Numbered from the stretch's first letter, positions 37,614 through 47,773 are shown. The stretch: DNA of 64,000 bases from Gemmatimonadota bacterium (GCA_963666735.1 OY762926.1:448001-512000), one strand, 5' to 3'. A program made the numbers and translations. Notes: a model not told the origin generated them from the sequence alone.

Positions 37614-39752
37614 TTAGCCTCGGGACCGGCCCCGTGCCCGCGCGACGCCTGCCGACCGCGTGCCACCGCCGCGGCGGACCGCGCCCCCGGACCTGGAGGA
37701 TCCGCCGGACCGTCTGACGCTGCCGCTCGACCTTGACGGTCCGGGAGGCCGCACGGCCGGGCGCGGCGACCGCGGGGCGGACTGCCGGGTCACGGGTCTC
37801 CTCGTGGAGGGTGGACGGCGAAGGGCGGGCCAGGACGGTCTCGCCGTCGTGGCCCGCACCGCCGGCCGCGACGGCGTGGACCCCGCCGTCGGTCTTGCCG
37901 GATTCGACCGTGCCGTCGGCCGTGCCGTAGCGTCCCCCGTCCGTCGAATGGCCGGCCACTCCCGCGCCGTCCGCGGACGGAGGATCCGCCGACCGCCGTC
38001 GTCACGTGTCCGCGGAGACGCGCGCTGCACGCCACCGGAACCCGACCGTGTCGTGGACCGCACGACCGGACGTCTCGCGGCGCCCGTAACGTCCCGCGTG
38101 GCCGGTCGCCGGACCGCCGGGCGAGCGCCGTTCCCGGACGCCGCCGGCGACGCTCGCTGCACACCTGGTCGCTCCAGCCTCGGGGTGCGGCCCTCCGTCG
38201 ACCGCCTGGTGACGCGGACGGGTGGCGCGCCCGCCGTCCGCGAGGGGTCGCTCCGCGCTCCGACCGTCGCGTCGCGCGGGCGGGCCGACCGGCCATCGCG
38301 GCTCCGCAGCACGACGCGTTCGACTTCCCGCGGCAGGCTCGCGCCGCGATCGATGAACCCGTTCGCATCGACCGCCGTTCTTCCGTCACGCGAGACCGCG
38401 CGCCGCAGGCTTGCCAGCGTCTGCGCGGGCCGCCGCTGCGCCGTGCGCCCGAGCAGCCGGGAGTCCGTCAGCAGCACGCCGCGCTCGACCGCCTTCCGTC
38501 CGCGACCGAAGTCCGAACCGCTCACCGAGTAGAAGTGCTGCCGCCGGTGTCCCAGCCGCCCGTGCGGCAGGAACGTCCAGTGCCGATACCGCCCAAAGCT
38601 CCCCCCGATGTGTCCGTAGACCCCGAAGTGGAAGCCCCAGCGGCTCCCGTAATAGTTCCTGTAGTGGCGCCAGTAGTATCCCGATGGAATCCAGCCCGCG
38701 TAGCTCGGTCCCCAGTACCAGTAGACGTGTGCCGCCGCGAAACGCTGGCCCGGGAACCAGATCCACCCCCAGTCGGGGTCGAGGTCCCAGTACCCATAGT
38801 GGTAGGGCACCCAGCCCCACGGTTCGTACGAGACCCAGAACATCCCGCTGGGCGTCTGTCGCCAGCGCCCGTGCCGGTACGGCGCCCAGCTCGTGGAAAC
38901 CCGCGGACGCCACGCGACTCCCGCGTCCACGTTCACCCACGACCCGTGACCCCCGAGCGAAGACGCGGCGTGGTGGAGGTCCGGATCCACATGAGACGCG
39001 TACTCGCCGCCCGCATACTCCCCGGGTCCCCGGCCCCACGCCTCCAGCCGACCGAGGCTCGGGGCCGCCGCGAAGCGGAGCCGGTCACCCTGCGCCCCCT
39101 CGACGAAGAGACTCTCGCCCGGGCGAACCTCGGCGAGTTCCGACTGTGTCGTGACTTCGGCCACCCCTTCGCGCACGACGACTTCGCTGCGGCGCTCGTC
39201 GTCGACGACGATCAGAAAGGAACCCGCGCCCCGTGGCCGAATCGTGGCGTTCGGCGTGATGACGGAGGGCCATTCGGGGCCCGGCGGGTTCGCGGCCACC
39301 ACGAGTTGCAGCGATCCGCGCACGAGTTCGAGGATGGAGGCGGGGTCGCCCGTGTCCGCCGAGTTGGCCAGCGCGCGGAAGAGAAGTTCCGCCCGATTCC
39401 CGATCCGAACGAGGGTTCCGTCGGCGAGCGAAATCTCGATTCGCGATTCATCGGACGCGAAGATCCGGTCCCCGACGAGGACGGGTTCGTTCACCGCGAG
39501 CTGGACGCGCTCCCGGGTGTCGCCCTGAATGAGCGTCGCGGACCCGTCCAACGCGCGCAGGTACCCGTAGCTGCCCTCGATCCCGCTCTGCGCGATGGCG
39601 GCGTCATAGTCGATCGGAGGCCCCGCCTCCTGAGCGGAGACCGGGGGCGCGACGAACGAGGCGCCCCACGCCATCCCGACCGCCCACACCCGCCGCCGGC
39701 CCCGCGACCGCCCGGGGGCTCCAGAGTTTCCTGCCGCCGTTGCGCACCGCAT
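37614..39752 (-). CDS. FecR-like + DUF6600 domain secreted protein with Arg/Pro-rich tail
   Basis: N.P.L.GD, LADGTLVRIG, WAPYRHGRW, WVSYEPWGWVPYHYGYW, low-complexity C-terminus. Confidence 0.8.
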   Translation of the reverse strand: MRCATAAGNSGAPGRSRGRRRVWAVGMAWGASFVAPPVSAQEAGPPIDYDAAIAQSGIEGSYGYLRALDGSATLIQGDTRERVQLAVNEPVLVGDRIFASDESRIEISLADGTLVRIGNRAELLFRALANSADTGDPASILELVRGSLQLVVAANPPGPEWPSVITPNATIRPRGAGSFLIVVDDERRSEVVVREGVAEVTTQSELAEVRPGESLFVEGAQGDRLRFAAAPSLGRLEAWGRGPGEYAGGEYASHVDPDLHHAASSLGGHGSWVNVDAGVAWRPRVSTSWAPYRHGRWRQTPSGMFWVSYEPWGWVPYHYGYWDLDPDWGWIWFPGQRFAAAHVYWYWGPSYAGWIPSGYYWRHYRNYYGSRWGFHFGVYGHIGGSFGRYRHWTFLPHGRLGHRRQHFYSVSGSDFGRGRKAVERGVLLTDSRLLGRTAQRRPAQTLASLRRAVSRDGRTAVDANGFIDRGASLPREVERVVLRSRDGRSARPRDATVGARSDPSRTAGAPPVRVTRRSTEGRTPRLERPGVQRASPAASGNGARPAVRRPATRDVTGAARRPVVRSTTRSGSGGVQRASPRTRDDGGRRILRPRTAREWPAIRRTGDATARPTARSNPARPTAGSTPSRPAVRATTARPSWPALRRPPSTRRPVTRQSAPRSPRPAVRPPGPSRSSGSVRRSGGSSRSGGAVRRGGGTRSAGVARARGRSRG

Positions 39753-39892
39753 CTCAAGCTCCCGTGTTCTCCGGTCCCCGCCCCGGGCGGCCGGCTCGCC
39801 GCCGGAGCTGTCTTCAGAGGCTAGACGGTCCGCGGGGGAGGTCGGTCACTCGCGCGGCCGTTCGTGGAAGGAGCCCGCGCCAGCGCCGGGAG

Positions 39893-41020
39893 CTACGGCA
39901 GGTCGTCGATCCACTCGGCGATGAAGAGGTTCGTGTTGCCCTCGTGGGAGCCGTGCCGGTTCGATCCGAACACGAGAAAACGACCGTCCGGGCTGAACAT
40001 GGGGAAGCTCTCGAACTCCTCGCTGAACGTGACCTGCTCGAGCCCCGTCCCGTCCAGGTTTACCAGGAAGAGATCGAAATTGCGGCTGCTCGGGTCGTTC
40101 AGGTTCGAGGCGAAGATCACCCTCTCGCCGCTCGGGTGGAAGAAGGGGGCGAAGTTCGCGGCCTCGTTGTTTGTGAGACGCACCCGGTTCGACCCGTCCG
40201 CGTCCATCACGTAGATGTCGAGCACGCCGGGCCGAACGAGACCCTCCGCCAGCAGCGCCTGGTAGTCCGCGAGTTCTTCCTCGCTCTCGGGGTATCTTGC
40301 CCGGTAGACGATCTTCGACCCGTCGGGAGAGAAGAAGGGACCGCCATCGTACCCCGGCTCGTTCGTGAGCTGCCGGACGTCGGAGCCATCGGGATTCATC
40401 GAGTAGATGTCCAGGTCTCCGTCGCGCGTGGAGGTGAACACGATCCGCGAGCCGTCCGGAGCGATGGTCGCCTCCGCGTCGTAGCCGGGGCTCGAGAAGA
40501 TCGGCTGGACGCCGGAACCGTCAGGGTTGGCCGTGTAGATGTCGTAGTCGTACAGCGCCCACACGTACCCGCGGCGCATGTCCGGCGGCGGTGGACACTC
40601 GGCCGCCGCGTGATGCGTGGAACTGTAGACGATCCGCGAGTTGTCCGGGAAGAAGTACGCGCATGTGGTCCGGCCGAGTCCCGTCGAAACGAGCTGCGGA
40701 TCGCCGCCCTCGACGCCGATGGTGAAGATCTGATCGCACTCGTATTCTCCCTCGTGCCGGCGCTGGAAGATCAGCCGCTGTCCGTCCGACGAGTAGTAGG
40801 CCTCGGCGTTCTCTCCCTCGAAGGTGAGTTGAGCCAGGCTGGCGAAGCGCCGCTCTTCCGGCAGCGGATCGCGGGTCAGGGCGCCGCTCTCCGCATCGTT
40901 TTGCCCGGTCGCGGTGCCGTTCCGGTCTCCGGTGTCGCCGGTGCAGGCTGCCGCAACCAAGGCGGCCGCAAGCGCCAACGCGACGGGAGTCGGCGCTGGT
41001 GCGGGATATGCTGAATTCAA
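39893..41020 (-). CDS. TolB-like PD40 beta-propeller lipoprotein
   Basis: Lipobox VAAAC, QLTFEGENAEAY, GYDAEAT, FSPDG repeats. TTG start inferred. Confidence 0.88.
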   Translation of the reverse strand: MNSAYPAPAPTPVALALAAALVAAACTGDTGDRNGTATGQNDAESGALTRDPLPEERRFASLAQLTFEGENAEAYYSSDGQRLIFQRRHEGEYECDQIFTIGVEGGDPQLVSTGLGRTTCAYFFPDNSRIVYSSTHHAAAECPPPPDMRRGYVWALYDYDIYTANPDGSGVQPIFSSPGYDAEATIAPDGSRIVFTSTRDGDLDIYSMNPDGSDVRQLTNEPGYDGGPFFSPDGSKIVYRARYPESEEELADYQALLAEGLVRPGVLDIYVMDADGSNRVRLTNNEAANFAPFFHPSGERVIFASNLNDPSSRNFDLFLVNLDGTGLEQVTFSEEFESFPMFSPDGRFLVFGSNRHGSHEGNTNLFIAEWIDDLP

Positions 41021-41232
41021 GAGAACCTCGGTTGTCCCGGTTGGATGTCCGGCGACGCGCTGGCCGCCGCTGTACGCTTCAAGCCTCCGGTGGGGGCTGC
41101 GGGCCCACACTGTACGGTTCACGCGCTCGCGAGGCCAGTTCCCGGCGTGGCCCGTTTCACGGATTCCGACACGATACGTTCCAGGAGGTGAGAACGAGGG
41201 AGAATGCGAATGGAGAGGTGGAGCCGAGGCGG

Positions 41233-41775
41233 ATGACCACAGCGGCGGAGCCGGAACGGCGGTTGACCGACTGGTCCGGACGTTACGGCCGGGAATTGCA
41301 GCGTCATGTGGCCGCGATGCTGGGAAACGCGGAAGAGGCGCGCGATATCGTGCAGGACCTGTGGGTGACGGCGCTTCGCAGGCGGCCGGAGGCGGGCGAG
41401 GCCGCGAATATCCGCGCGTGGCTGTACCGGGTCGCGACCCGCCGGGCGCTCGACCGCATCTCGATGCGCCGCCGACGCTCGGAGTTGCTCGCGGCCCACT
41501 CCGGGGAACTGGAATCCGGCTCTCTTCCGGCGGTCGACGCGGCGTTGAACCGGCTCTCCGAAGCCGCCGCGGCGCGGGTCCGGGAGGGCGTGGCCGGACT
41601 CCCGCCCGCACAGCGGAACGCCGTCTGGCTCCGCTGGATCGAAGAGTTGGACTATGCGACGGTCGCCCGCCGGCTGGGCTCCTCTCCCGACGCCGCGAGA
41701 GCCAATGTCTACCAGGGGATGAAGAAGCTGCGCCGCGATCTCGCCGACGTGTGGCGCGAGGAGGGGCCGATATGA
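41233..41775 (+). CDS. ECF-type RNA polymerase sigma-70 factor
   Basis: Region 2 ARDIVQDLWV..RAWLYRVATRRALD. Region 4 LPPAQRNAVWLR..LDYATVARRLG. Confidence 0.92.
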   Translation: MTTAAEPERRLTDWSGRYGRELQRHVAAMLGNAEEARDIVQDLWVTALRRRPEAGEAANIRAWLYRVATRRALDRISMRRRRSELLAAHSGELESGSLPAVDAALNRLSEAAAARVREGVAGLPPAQRNAVWLRWIEELDYATVARRLGSSPDAARANVYQGMKKLRRDLADVWREEGPI

Positions 41776-42494
41776 CTCGAGACTGCGCGATCTGTCAGGA
41801 GGAAGACCTGCTCGCCTGGATCCTGGGCGACCCGGATCCCGTCGCCGCTCAGGCGCTGACCGAGCACATGGCGGTGTGCTCCGCCTGTCGGGAGCGGGCG
41901 GCGGAATACCGGATCCTGCATCGTTCGGCGAAGGGCATCCGGGGCGGTCCGGTCGTCCGCTGGCGCCGCTTCGACTCGCCGTTCGGCGCCATGCGCATCG
42001 CCGCGAGCGGCGCGGGCCTGGTCGCGCTCTCGTGGCGGGACGAGAGCGACGATGCGTTCGTCGCCGGCCTCGAGCGCCGGTATCCGTCGACACCCGTGGT
42101 GTGCGATACCGACCGGCTCGCTTCCGCGGAAGAGCAACTGACCGAGTATTTCGGCCGCCGCCGCCCGCGCTTCGACCTGTTCGTCGACCTCGAGGCACTG
42201 GGCGACTTCCAGCGCGCCGTGCTGGGCGCCGCCTCCGGACTCGATTTCGGCGAGACGGTGACGTACACGGAGATCGCCCGGCGAATCGGCCGCCCGAAGG
42301 CCTCGCGCGCGGTGGGCAACGCGCTCGGGCGGAACCCGGTGCCGATCATCGTGCCGTGCCACCGGGTGGTCCGGACCGACCGGACGCTGGGCGGATACAC
42401 GGGCGGACTCCGTTACAAACGCGCGCTCCTCGACATCGAGGGCCGGACCGATCTTCTCCGCTCCCATGGCCAGACGGGGATGCCGCTCGGCTGA
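41772..42494 (+). CDS. ogt: zf-HC2 (ZAS) anti-sigma domain fused to methylated-DNA--protein-cysteine methyltransferase
   Basis: N-terminal CAIC..LLAWILG..EHMAVCSACR (HxxxCxxC). C-terminal DSPFG, RAVGNALGRNPVPIIVPCHRV, GGYTGG. Confidence 0.9.
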   Translation: MTRDCAICQEEDLLAWILGDPDPVAAQALTEHMAVCSACRERAAEYRILHRSAKGIRGGPVVRWRRFDSPFGAMRIAASGAGLVALSWRDESDDAFVAGLERRYPSTPVVCDTDRLASAEEQLTEYFGRRRPRFDLFVDLEALGDFQRAVLGAASGLDFGETVTYTEIARRIGRPKASRAVGNALGRNPVPIIVPCHRVVRTDRTLGGYTGGLRYKRALLDIEGRTDLLRSHGQTGMPLG

Positions 42495-42537
42495 CCGGAA
42501 CATCCAGTGGCCGCCGCGCGGTACGGCCCGGGCCTTT

Positions 42538-44247
42538 CTAGCCGGACTCCTCGACGAGCTGAATCAGGCGGCGCAGGCCGAGACCTTCGGGACCGCCCAC
42601 GCGGACCCGGAGCGTCCGGCGTTCGCATCGGCCGAGAGCCTCGACATCCCCCAGCCCCTGGGCCCGGATCAGTCGGCGGAAGGTGAAGTCCGTCTCGGGG
42701 ACGTGCACGTGCTCGCCGGCATCGTCGACGAGTTGCAGGAAGACGCCGTTGTCCGCCCCCCCCTTGTGCAGTTGTCCGGTCGAATGCAGGAAGCGCGGGC
42801 CATAGCCCAGCGTGGTCGTCGCCCCCGTGGCTCCGGCGAGGGCCGCGCGCAGCGTCCCGAGCAGCCCTTCCTCCTCCTCGCCACCCCCGAGGAACGCCTG
42901 TACGGCGATGTAGTCCGTCGGGGCGACCGCGGCCAGGAAACCCTCCAGCCGCTCGCGGATTCCGTCCACGTCCGGAGGCACGGGCGTACGGGGCGGGGCG
43001 TGTCCGAACCGCGGCAACTCCCAGACGAGGTCGATCTCATCGGCCTCCGGCGCGCCTTCGCCCGCCATCGCCCGGCGCGCGAGACGCTTTGCAAGCTGGA
43101 CGTCCGGCTGGTTGAAGGGGTGGATGCCGAGGGCGGCTCCGGCCATCGCCACGCCCACCTCCCAGACGAAGAAGAGAGAGCCGAGTTCCTCGGGCTGTTC
43201 GAGTCGGATGCGCAGCGTAGGGTGACCGGCCGCCTCGAGCGCGTCGAGGAGGTCCGGCGTGTCGTCGGCGTCTCCCCACTGCTCCGCTTCGCGAGCCGCG
43301 TCCCCGCCGAGGAGGAGGCCGGCGAAGACCCGGTCCTCGCCGTATTCGTCCGGCGCTCGCGGGGGCTCGGCGACGACCGGGACGATGCTCCGACCGTCCT
43401 TGCCGGTGCTCTCGGCCAGGAGTTGCTCCGCCCAGTCCGGGAAGGCGTCCCAGTCGGAGGCCGCGACGAAGGTGACCTTGTCCCGCCCCGCGAGCGCGAG
43501 TTCCGCCAGAGCCGCCCCGAGGAGGAAACCCGGGTTGTGGTGGGCTTCGTCCTTGCAGGCGTCCGCGGCCTCGGCCGCCTCTGCGAGAAGGGCCGGGACA
43601 TCGGCGCCCCCGAGCGCCGCCGGCACCAGACCGAAGGGGCTCAGCGCCGAGAAGCGGCCTCCCACCTCGGACGGCGCCTCGAACACGGCACGGAATCCTC
43701 GCTCGCGGGCGAGTTCGGCGACGGGAGATCCGGGGTCCGTGATCGCGATGAAGTGCGCCCCGGGGTCCTCCACGACTTCCGCGGTCCGCGACCAGAAATG
43801 GCGGAAGAGCGAGAGCGTCTCGATGGTCGTACCCGACTTGCTGGAGACCACGAAGATCGTGTTCGCGGGACGCAGCCACTCGAGGTCGCGGAGCGCTCCC
43901 GGGTGCGTGGTGTCCACGAGCGTGAGCGGCAGTCCCTCTCCCGCCATCGTGCGCGCGATGACCTCGGGCGCGAGGCTGGAGCCTCCCATGCCGAGCAGCA
44001 CGAGATCGGTGAACCAGAAGGGCACGCCGGCGCGCAACGCCTCGAGCGGGCCGAGCGCGGCGGGAGACGTCTCCGGGAGGTCGAGCCATCCGAGCCGGTC
44101 GGCCAGTTCCGGCGTGTCCGGATCCGCGCTCCACAGCGTCGGATCCCGTCGCCAGAGCCGCGCCACGGCGTCCTCGGCGGCCCATTCCCCGAGCCGGCGC
44201 TCCACGCCCTCCAGGTGGGGGCCGGCGGAGAGTTCGATCTCGATCAT
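42538..44247 (-). CDS. pgi: Glucose-6-phosphate isomerase
   Basis: RLGWL, GMGGSSL, SSKSGTTIET, GGRFSALS, QLLAESTGK, PFNQPDVQLAK, HSTGQLHKGG. Confidence 0.9.
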   Translation of the reverse strand: MIEIELSAGPHLEGVERRLGEWAAEDAVARLWRRDPTLWSADPDTPELADRLGWLDLPETSPAALGPLEALRAGVPFWFTDLVLLGMGGSSLAPEVIARTMAGEGLPLTLVDTTHPGALRDLEWLRPANTIFVVSSKSGTTIETLSLFRHFWSRTAEVVEDPGAHFIAITDPGSPVAELARERGFRAVFEAPSEVGGRFSALSPFGLVPAALGGADVPALLAEAAEAADACKDEAHHNPGFLLGAALAELALAGRDKVTFVAASDWDAFPDWAEQLLAESTGKDGRSIVPVVAEPPRAPDEYGEDRVFAGLLLGGDAAREAEQWGDADDTPDLLDALEAAGHPTLRIRLEQPEELGSLFFVWEVGVAMAGAALGIHPFNQPDVQLAKRLARRAMAGEGAPEADEIDLVWELPRFGHAPPRTPVPPDVDGIRERLEGFLAAVAPTDYIAVQAFLGGGEEEEGLLGTLRAALAGATGATTTLGYGPRFLHSTGQLHKGGADNGVFLQLVDDAGEHVHVPETDFTFRRLIRAQGLGDVEALGRCERRTLRVRVGGPEGLGLRRLIQLVEESG

Positions 44248-44269
44248 CGTCTCAAGCGTCTCATGCGGT

Positions 44270-45937
44270 TCAGAAGAGCCCGGCCACGCTCCCGTCCTCG
44301 ACGATCCGGATCCCCTCCGCGGCGGGCACGCGCGGGAGTCCCGGCATCGTCATGACGGTGCCGGCCCGGGCCACGACAAAGCCCGCCCCCGCCGAGGGGC
44401 GCACGTCCTGAACCGTGATGCGGAAGCCGGTCGGCCGTCCGAGACGCGCCGGATCGTCGCTCAGGCTGTTCGGCGTCTTCGCGAGGCAGACGGGGGTATT
44501 CCCGAGCCCCGCCGCCTCGAGTTGCCGGATGTCCTTCGTGGCGCGCGCCGTGTAGTCGACCCCGTCCGCGCCGTACACCTTGCGGGCGATGGCCTCGATC
44601 TTGTCCCGGATCGAAGCCTCCGCATCGTATTTGGGCTTGAAGGCGGCCCCTCCTTCGTCGAGCGCCGCCAGGACCGCGCGGGCCAGGTCCTCGCAACCGG
44701 CGCCGCCCTGCGCGTGGCCGTCGGAGCGGGCCCAGGGCACGCCCAGTTCCTCGCACGCCTCCGCCACGGCCTCGATCTCTTCGTCGGAGTCCGTGCCGAA
44801 CACGTTGATCGCCACCACCGGCTCGATGCCGAAGCCCCGGATGTTTTCGACGTGCGCGCCGAGGTTCGCGAGTCCTCCTCGGACGGCGTCGGGATCCGGC
44901 GTCGAGAGCGCCGTGCGGTCGCCTCCGCCGTGCAGCTTGAGGGCGCGGATCGTGGCCACGAGCACGGTGGCCTCCGGGTTCAGGCCTCCGATGCGGCACT
45001 TGATGTCGAAGAACTTCTCGGCCCCGAGGTCCGAGCCGAACCCGGCCTCCGTGATCACGACGTCGCCGAAGGCCAACCCGGCCCGCGTCGCCATGAGCGA
45101 ATTGCAGCCGTGGGCGATGTTCGCGAAGGGGCCCCCGTGCACGAAAGCCGGCGTCCCCTCGAGCGTCTGAACGAGGTTCGGCCCGATCGCCTCACGCAGG
45201 AGGAGGGTCATGGCCCCCGCCACCTTCAGTTCGCGCGCCCGCACCGGCTCCCCGCCGTAGTCGTAGCCCACGATGATGCTGCTCAGCCTCTCCTCGAGGT
45301 CCTCGAGGCTGGCGGCGAGGCAGAAGATGGCCATCACCTCGGAAGCGGCCGTGATCATGAAGCCGTCCTCGCGCGGCACCCCGTTGATCCGGCCCCCGAG
45401 CCCGACGACGATGTTCCGCAGTGCCCGGTCGTTCATGTCCACGGCGCGCCGCCAGGTGATCTGGCGCGGGTCGATCCCGAGGCCGTTCCCCTGCTGCAGG
45501 TGGTTGTCCAGCGCCGCCGAGAGGAGCGCGTGCGCCGAGGTGATCGCGTGCAGGTCCCCCGTGAAGTGCAGGTTGATGTCCGCCATCGGGATCACCTGCG
45601 AGTATCCTCCGCCGGCGGCGCCGCCCTTGACCCCGAACACCGGGCCGAGACTCGGCTCGCGAATGCAGAGCACCGAGTTCGCTCCCACGCGGCGCAGGCC
45701 ATCGGCGAGGCCCACGGAGACGGTCGTCTTGCCCTCGCCCGCAGCCGTCGGAGTGATGCCCGTGACGAGGACGAGGCGGCCCGATCCGGGCTCGCGCCCG
45801 AAGATGGACTCCGGGCTGACCTTGGCCTTGTAGTGGCCATAGGGCACGAGTTCCTCGATGCCCAGCCCGATCTTCTCGCCGATCTCCCTTATGGGCCGGG
45901 GCGTCGCGGCCTCGGCGATCTGTACGTCCGTGAGCAT
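44270..45937 (-). CDS. fhs: Formate--tetrahydrofolate ligase
   Basis: TPTAAGEGKTT, KGGAAGGGYSQV, INLHFTGD, HGGPFANIAHG, MTMPGLP. Confidence 0.97.
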   Translation of the reverse strand: MLTDVQIAEAATPRPIREIGEKIGLGIEELVPYGHYKAKVSPESIFGREPGSGRLVLVTGITPTAAGEGKTTVSVGLADGLRRVGANSVLCIREPSLGPVFGVKGGAAGGGYSQVIPMADINLHFTGDLHAITSAHALLSAALDNHLQQGNGLGIDPRQITWRRAVDMNDRALRNIVVGLGGRINGVPREDGFMITAASEVMAIFCLAASLEDLEERLSSIIVGYDYGGEPVRARELKVAGAMTLLLREAIGPNLVQTLEGTPAFVHGGPFANIAHGCNSLMATRAGLAFGDVVITEAGFGSDLGAEKFFDIKCRIGGLNPEATVLVATIRALKLHGGGDRTALSTPDPDAVRGGLANLGAHVENIRGFGIEPVVAINVFGTDSDEEIEAVAEACEELGVPWARSDGHAQGGAGCEDLARAVLAALDEGGAAFKPKYDAEASIRDKIEAIARKVYGADGVDYTARATKDIRQLEAAGLGNTPVCLAKTPNSLSDDPARLGRPTGFRITVQDVRPSAGAGFVVARAGTVMTMPGLPRVPAAEGIRIVEDGSVAGLF

Positions 45938-45963
45938 GCGTATCATCCCGATGAGGTGGCCGA

Positions 45964-46056
45964 GCGCCGTCCCCCCGGGGGAATCCCGGGGGCGCGTACG
46001 ACGTTTTCCGAGCGGAGACTCTACCGCGCGCGCCGCTCCGGGAAAACCGTACCGCG
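45964..46056. other. Two adjacent hairpins in the SSS-fhs intergenic region
   Basis: CCCCCGGG/CCCGGGGG stem, plus a long imperfect inverted repeat with arms at 45993-46015 and 46033-46056. Confidence 0.45.
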
Positions 46057-46078
46057 GATTGTGGCTGCCGCGAAGCCG

Positions 46079-47773
46079 TCAGCCCGCGGCCGCGCCGGGC
46101 GCCCGCGGCTCCCGCCTGCGGAGTGCGAGGCCGACCAGGAGAACGGCGACGGTCCCGACGACGTTGTACCACAGCCACGCGATCTCCGTGAACCGCGACA
46201 CGGCGAGCACCGCGAGCATCGAAAAGATGAGCCCGTAGAAGGCGCCCGCGGCCGTCGCCCGCTTCACGAGAAAGGCGAGGAGGAAGACGCCCAGCAGCGC
46301 GCCGTAGAAGATCGAACCCACTTCATTGACCGCTTCCACGAGCGACCCCAGTTGGCCCGCGTAGAGGGCGAAGAGAACGGCGAAGCCGCCCCAGCCCAGC
46401 GTGGCGATCCGGGAGACGAGCAGATAGTGGGCGTCCGTCCCCTCCGGTTTCACGTGCCTCCGGTAGAAGTCGATCACGGTGGCGCTTGACAGGGCCGTGA
46501 GTTCGGAGTCCAGCGAGGACATCGCGGCTGCGAAGATGACGGCGATCAGCAGTCCGAGGATACCCGCGGGCACATAGGAAATGAGATAGGACGGGAAGAC
46601 ATAGTTCACATCGTTCGACGATGACCCGCGCACCTCGGCAACGAGCGACTTCGACGCCTCCCTCAACCGCTCAAGTTCGTCATCGTACTCGGCGATCCGG
46701 CCCTTCAGCACCGCGGGAGCTCCACCGAACCGGCGAGCCTCCAGCAGCGCAAGGGTGCTCTCGCGGCGCAATTCGTGCGCTCGTTCCTGCTCGGCCTCCA
46801 GCGCCGCGAAGTCGCCTGCGCGGGGACTCTCCCGGACCATGGCCGCCTCGGCCGAATTGAAGACGAGGGGCGGGCGCTCGAAGTGATAGAAAACGTAGAG
46901 GAGAACACCGATGGCGAGGATGAAGATCTGCATCGGGACTTTGACGAAGGCGTTGAAGATGAGGGAGAGGCGGCTCTGGCGGAGCGAACTCGCCGTGAGA
47001 TAACGCTGGACCTGGCTCTGGTCGGTCCCGAAGTAGCCCAGAGCGAGAAAGAGACCTCCGATGAGTCCGGACCAGAGGGTATAGCGATTCGTCGGGTCCC
47101 AGGAGAGGTCGATGCTGCGCCACATCTCATGGATTCCACCGATATACGCCACGTCGCCGACGCCCACTCCCTCCGGCAGCGTCGCGAACAGCACCGCGAT
47201 GGCGATCCCGATGCCGGCGAACATGACGATCATCTGCAGCACGTCCGTCCAGATGACGGCCGTGATGCCCCCCATGATCGTGTAGGCCACGGTGATCATT
47301 CCCATGACGAGAATCGTCACGCGCTCGTCCCAGCCCATGATGACGGAGAGCACGATGGCCGGGGCGTAGAGGACGATCCCCGCCGAGAGGCCGCGGGAGA
47401 CGAGAAAGAGGAAACTCGTCAGCGACCGGGTTCTGGAGTCGAAGCGGCGTTCCAGATACTCGTAGGCGGTGAAAACCTTCGAGCGATAGAAGAAGGGGAT
47501 GAACACGACGCAGAGGATGACCATGGCGATCGGCTGGCCCAGGTAGAACTGGACGAACTCCATGCCGTCGTCGAAGGCCTGTCCGGTGGTGCCGATATAG
47601 GTGATCGCGCTCGCCTGCGTCGCCATGACGGAAAGGCCGATGGCGCCCCAGCCCAGCCGGCGGTTGGCGAGAAAGAAGCCCTCGACGCCGCGGTTCCCGC
47701 GGCTCTGGCGCCAGGCGAAGGCGACGACGGCGCCGAAATAGACGGCGAAGACGAGCCAGTCGAGGCCGCTCAC
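46079..47773 (-). CDS. Sodium:solute symporter
   Basis: SVMATQASAIT, TAYEYLERRF, GGITAVIWTD, GTDQSQVQRYL, AAAMSSLDS. Confidence 0.95.
   Translation of the reverse strand: MSGLDWLVFAVYFGAVVAFAWRQSRGNRGVEGFFLANRRLGWGAIGLSVMATQASAITYIGTTGQAFDDGMEFVQFYLGQPIAMVILCVVFIPFFYRSKVFTAYEYLERRFDSRTRSLTSFLFLVSRGLSAGIVLYAPAIVLSVIMGWDERVTILVMGMITVAYTIMGGITAVIWTDVLQMIVMFAGIGIAIAVLFATLPEGVGVGDVAYIGGIHEMWRSIDLSWDPTNRYTLWSGLIGGLFLALGYFGTDQSQVQRYLTASSLRQSRLSLIFNAFVKVPMQIFILAIGVLLYVFYHFERPPLVFNSAEAAMVRESPRAGDFAALEAEQERAHELRRESTLALLEARRFGGAPAVLKGRIAEYDDELERLREASKSLVAEVRGSSSNDVNYVFPSYLISYVPAGILGLLIAVIFAAAMSSLDSELTALSSATVIDFYRRHVKPEGTDAHYLLVSRIATLGWGGFAVLFALYAGQLGSLVEAVNEVGSIFYGALLGVFLLAFLVKRATAAGAFYGLIFSMLAVLAVSRFTEIAWLWYNVVGTVAVLLVGLALRRREPRAPGAAAG

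Noticed and set aside
37614..38400. Repetitive Arg/Pro/Ser-rich DNA as a possible repeat array or CRISPR
   Set aside because: It is the low-complexity coding tail of the DUF6600 protein, with no fixed repeat-spacer period and no cas genes.
43259..46489. 1076-aa plus-strand ORF and similar long ORFs (e.g. 2155-4332, 53593-55842)
   Set aside because: These are antisense shadows of well-supported genes, expected at this GC content.
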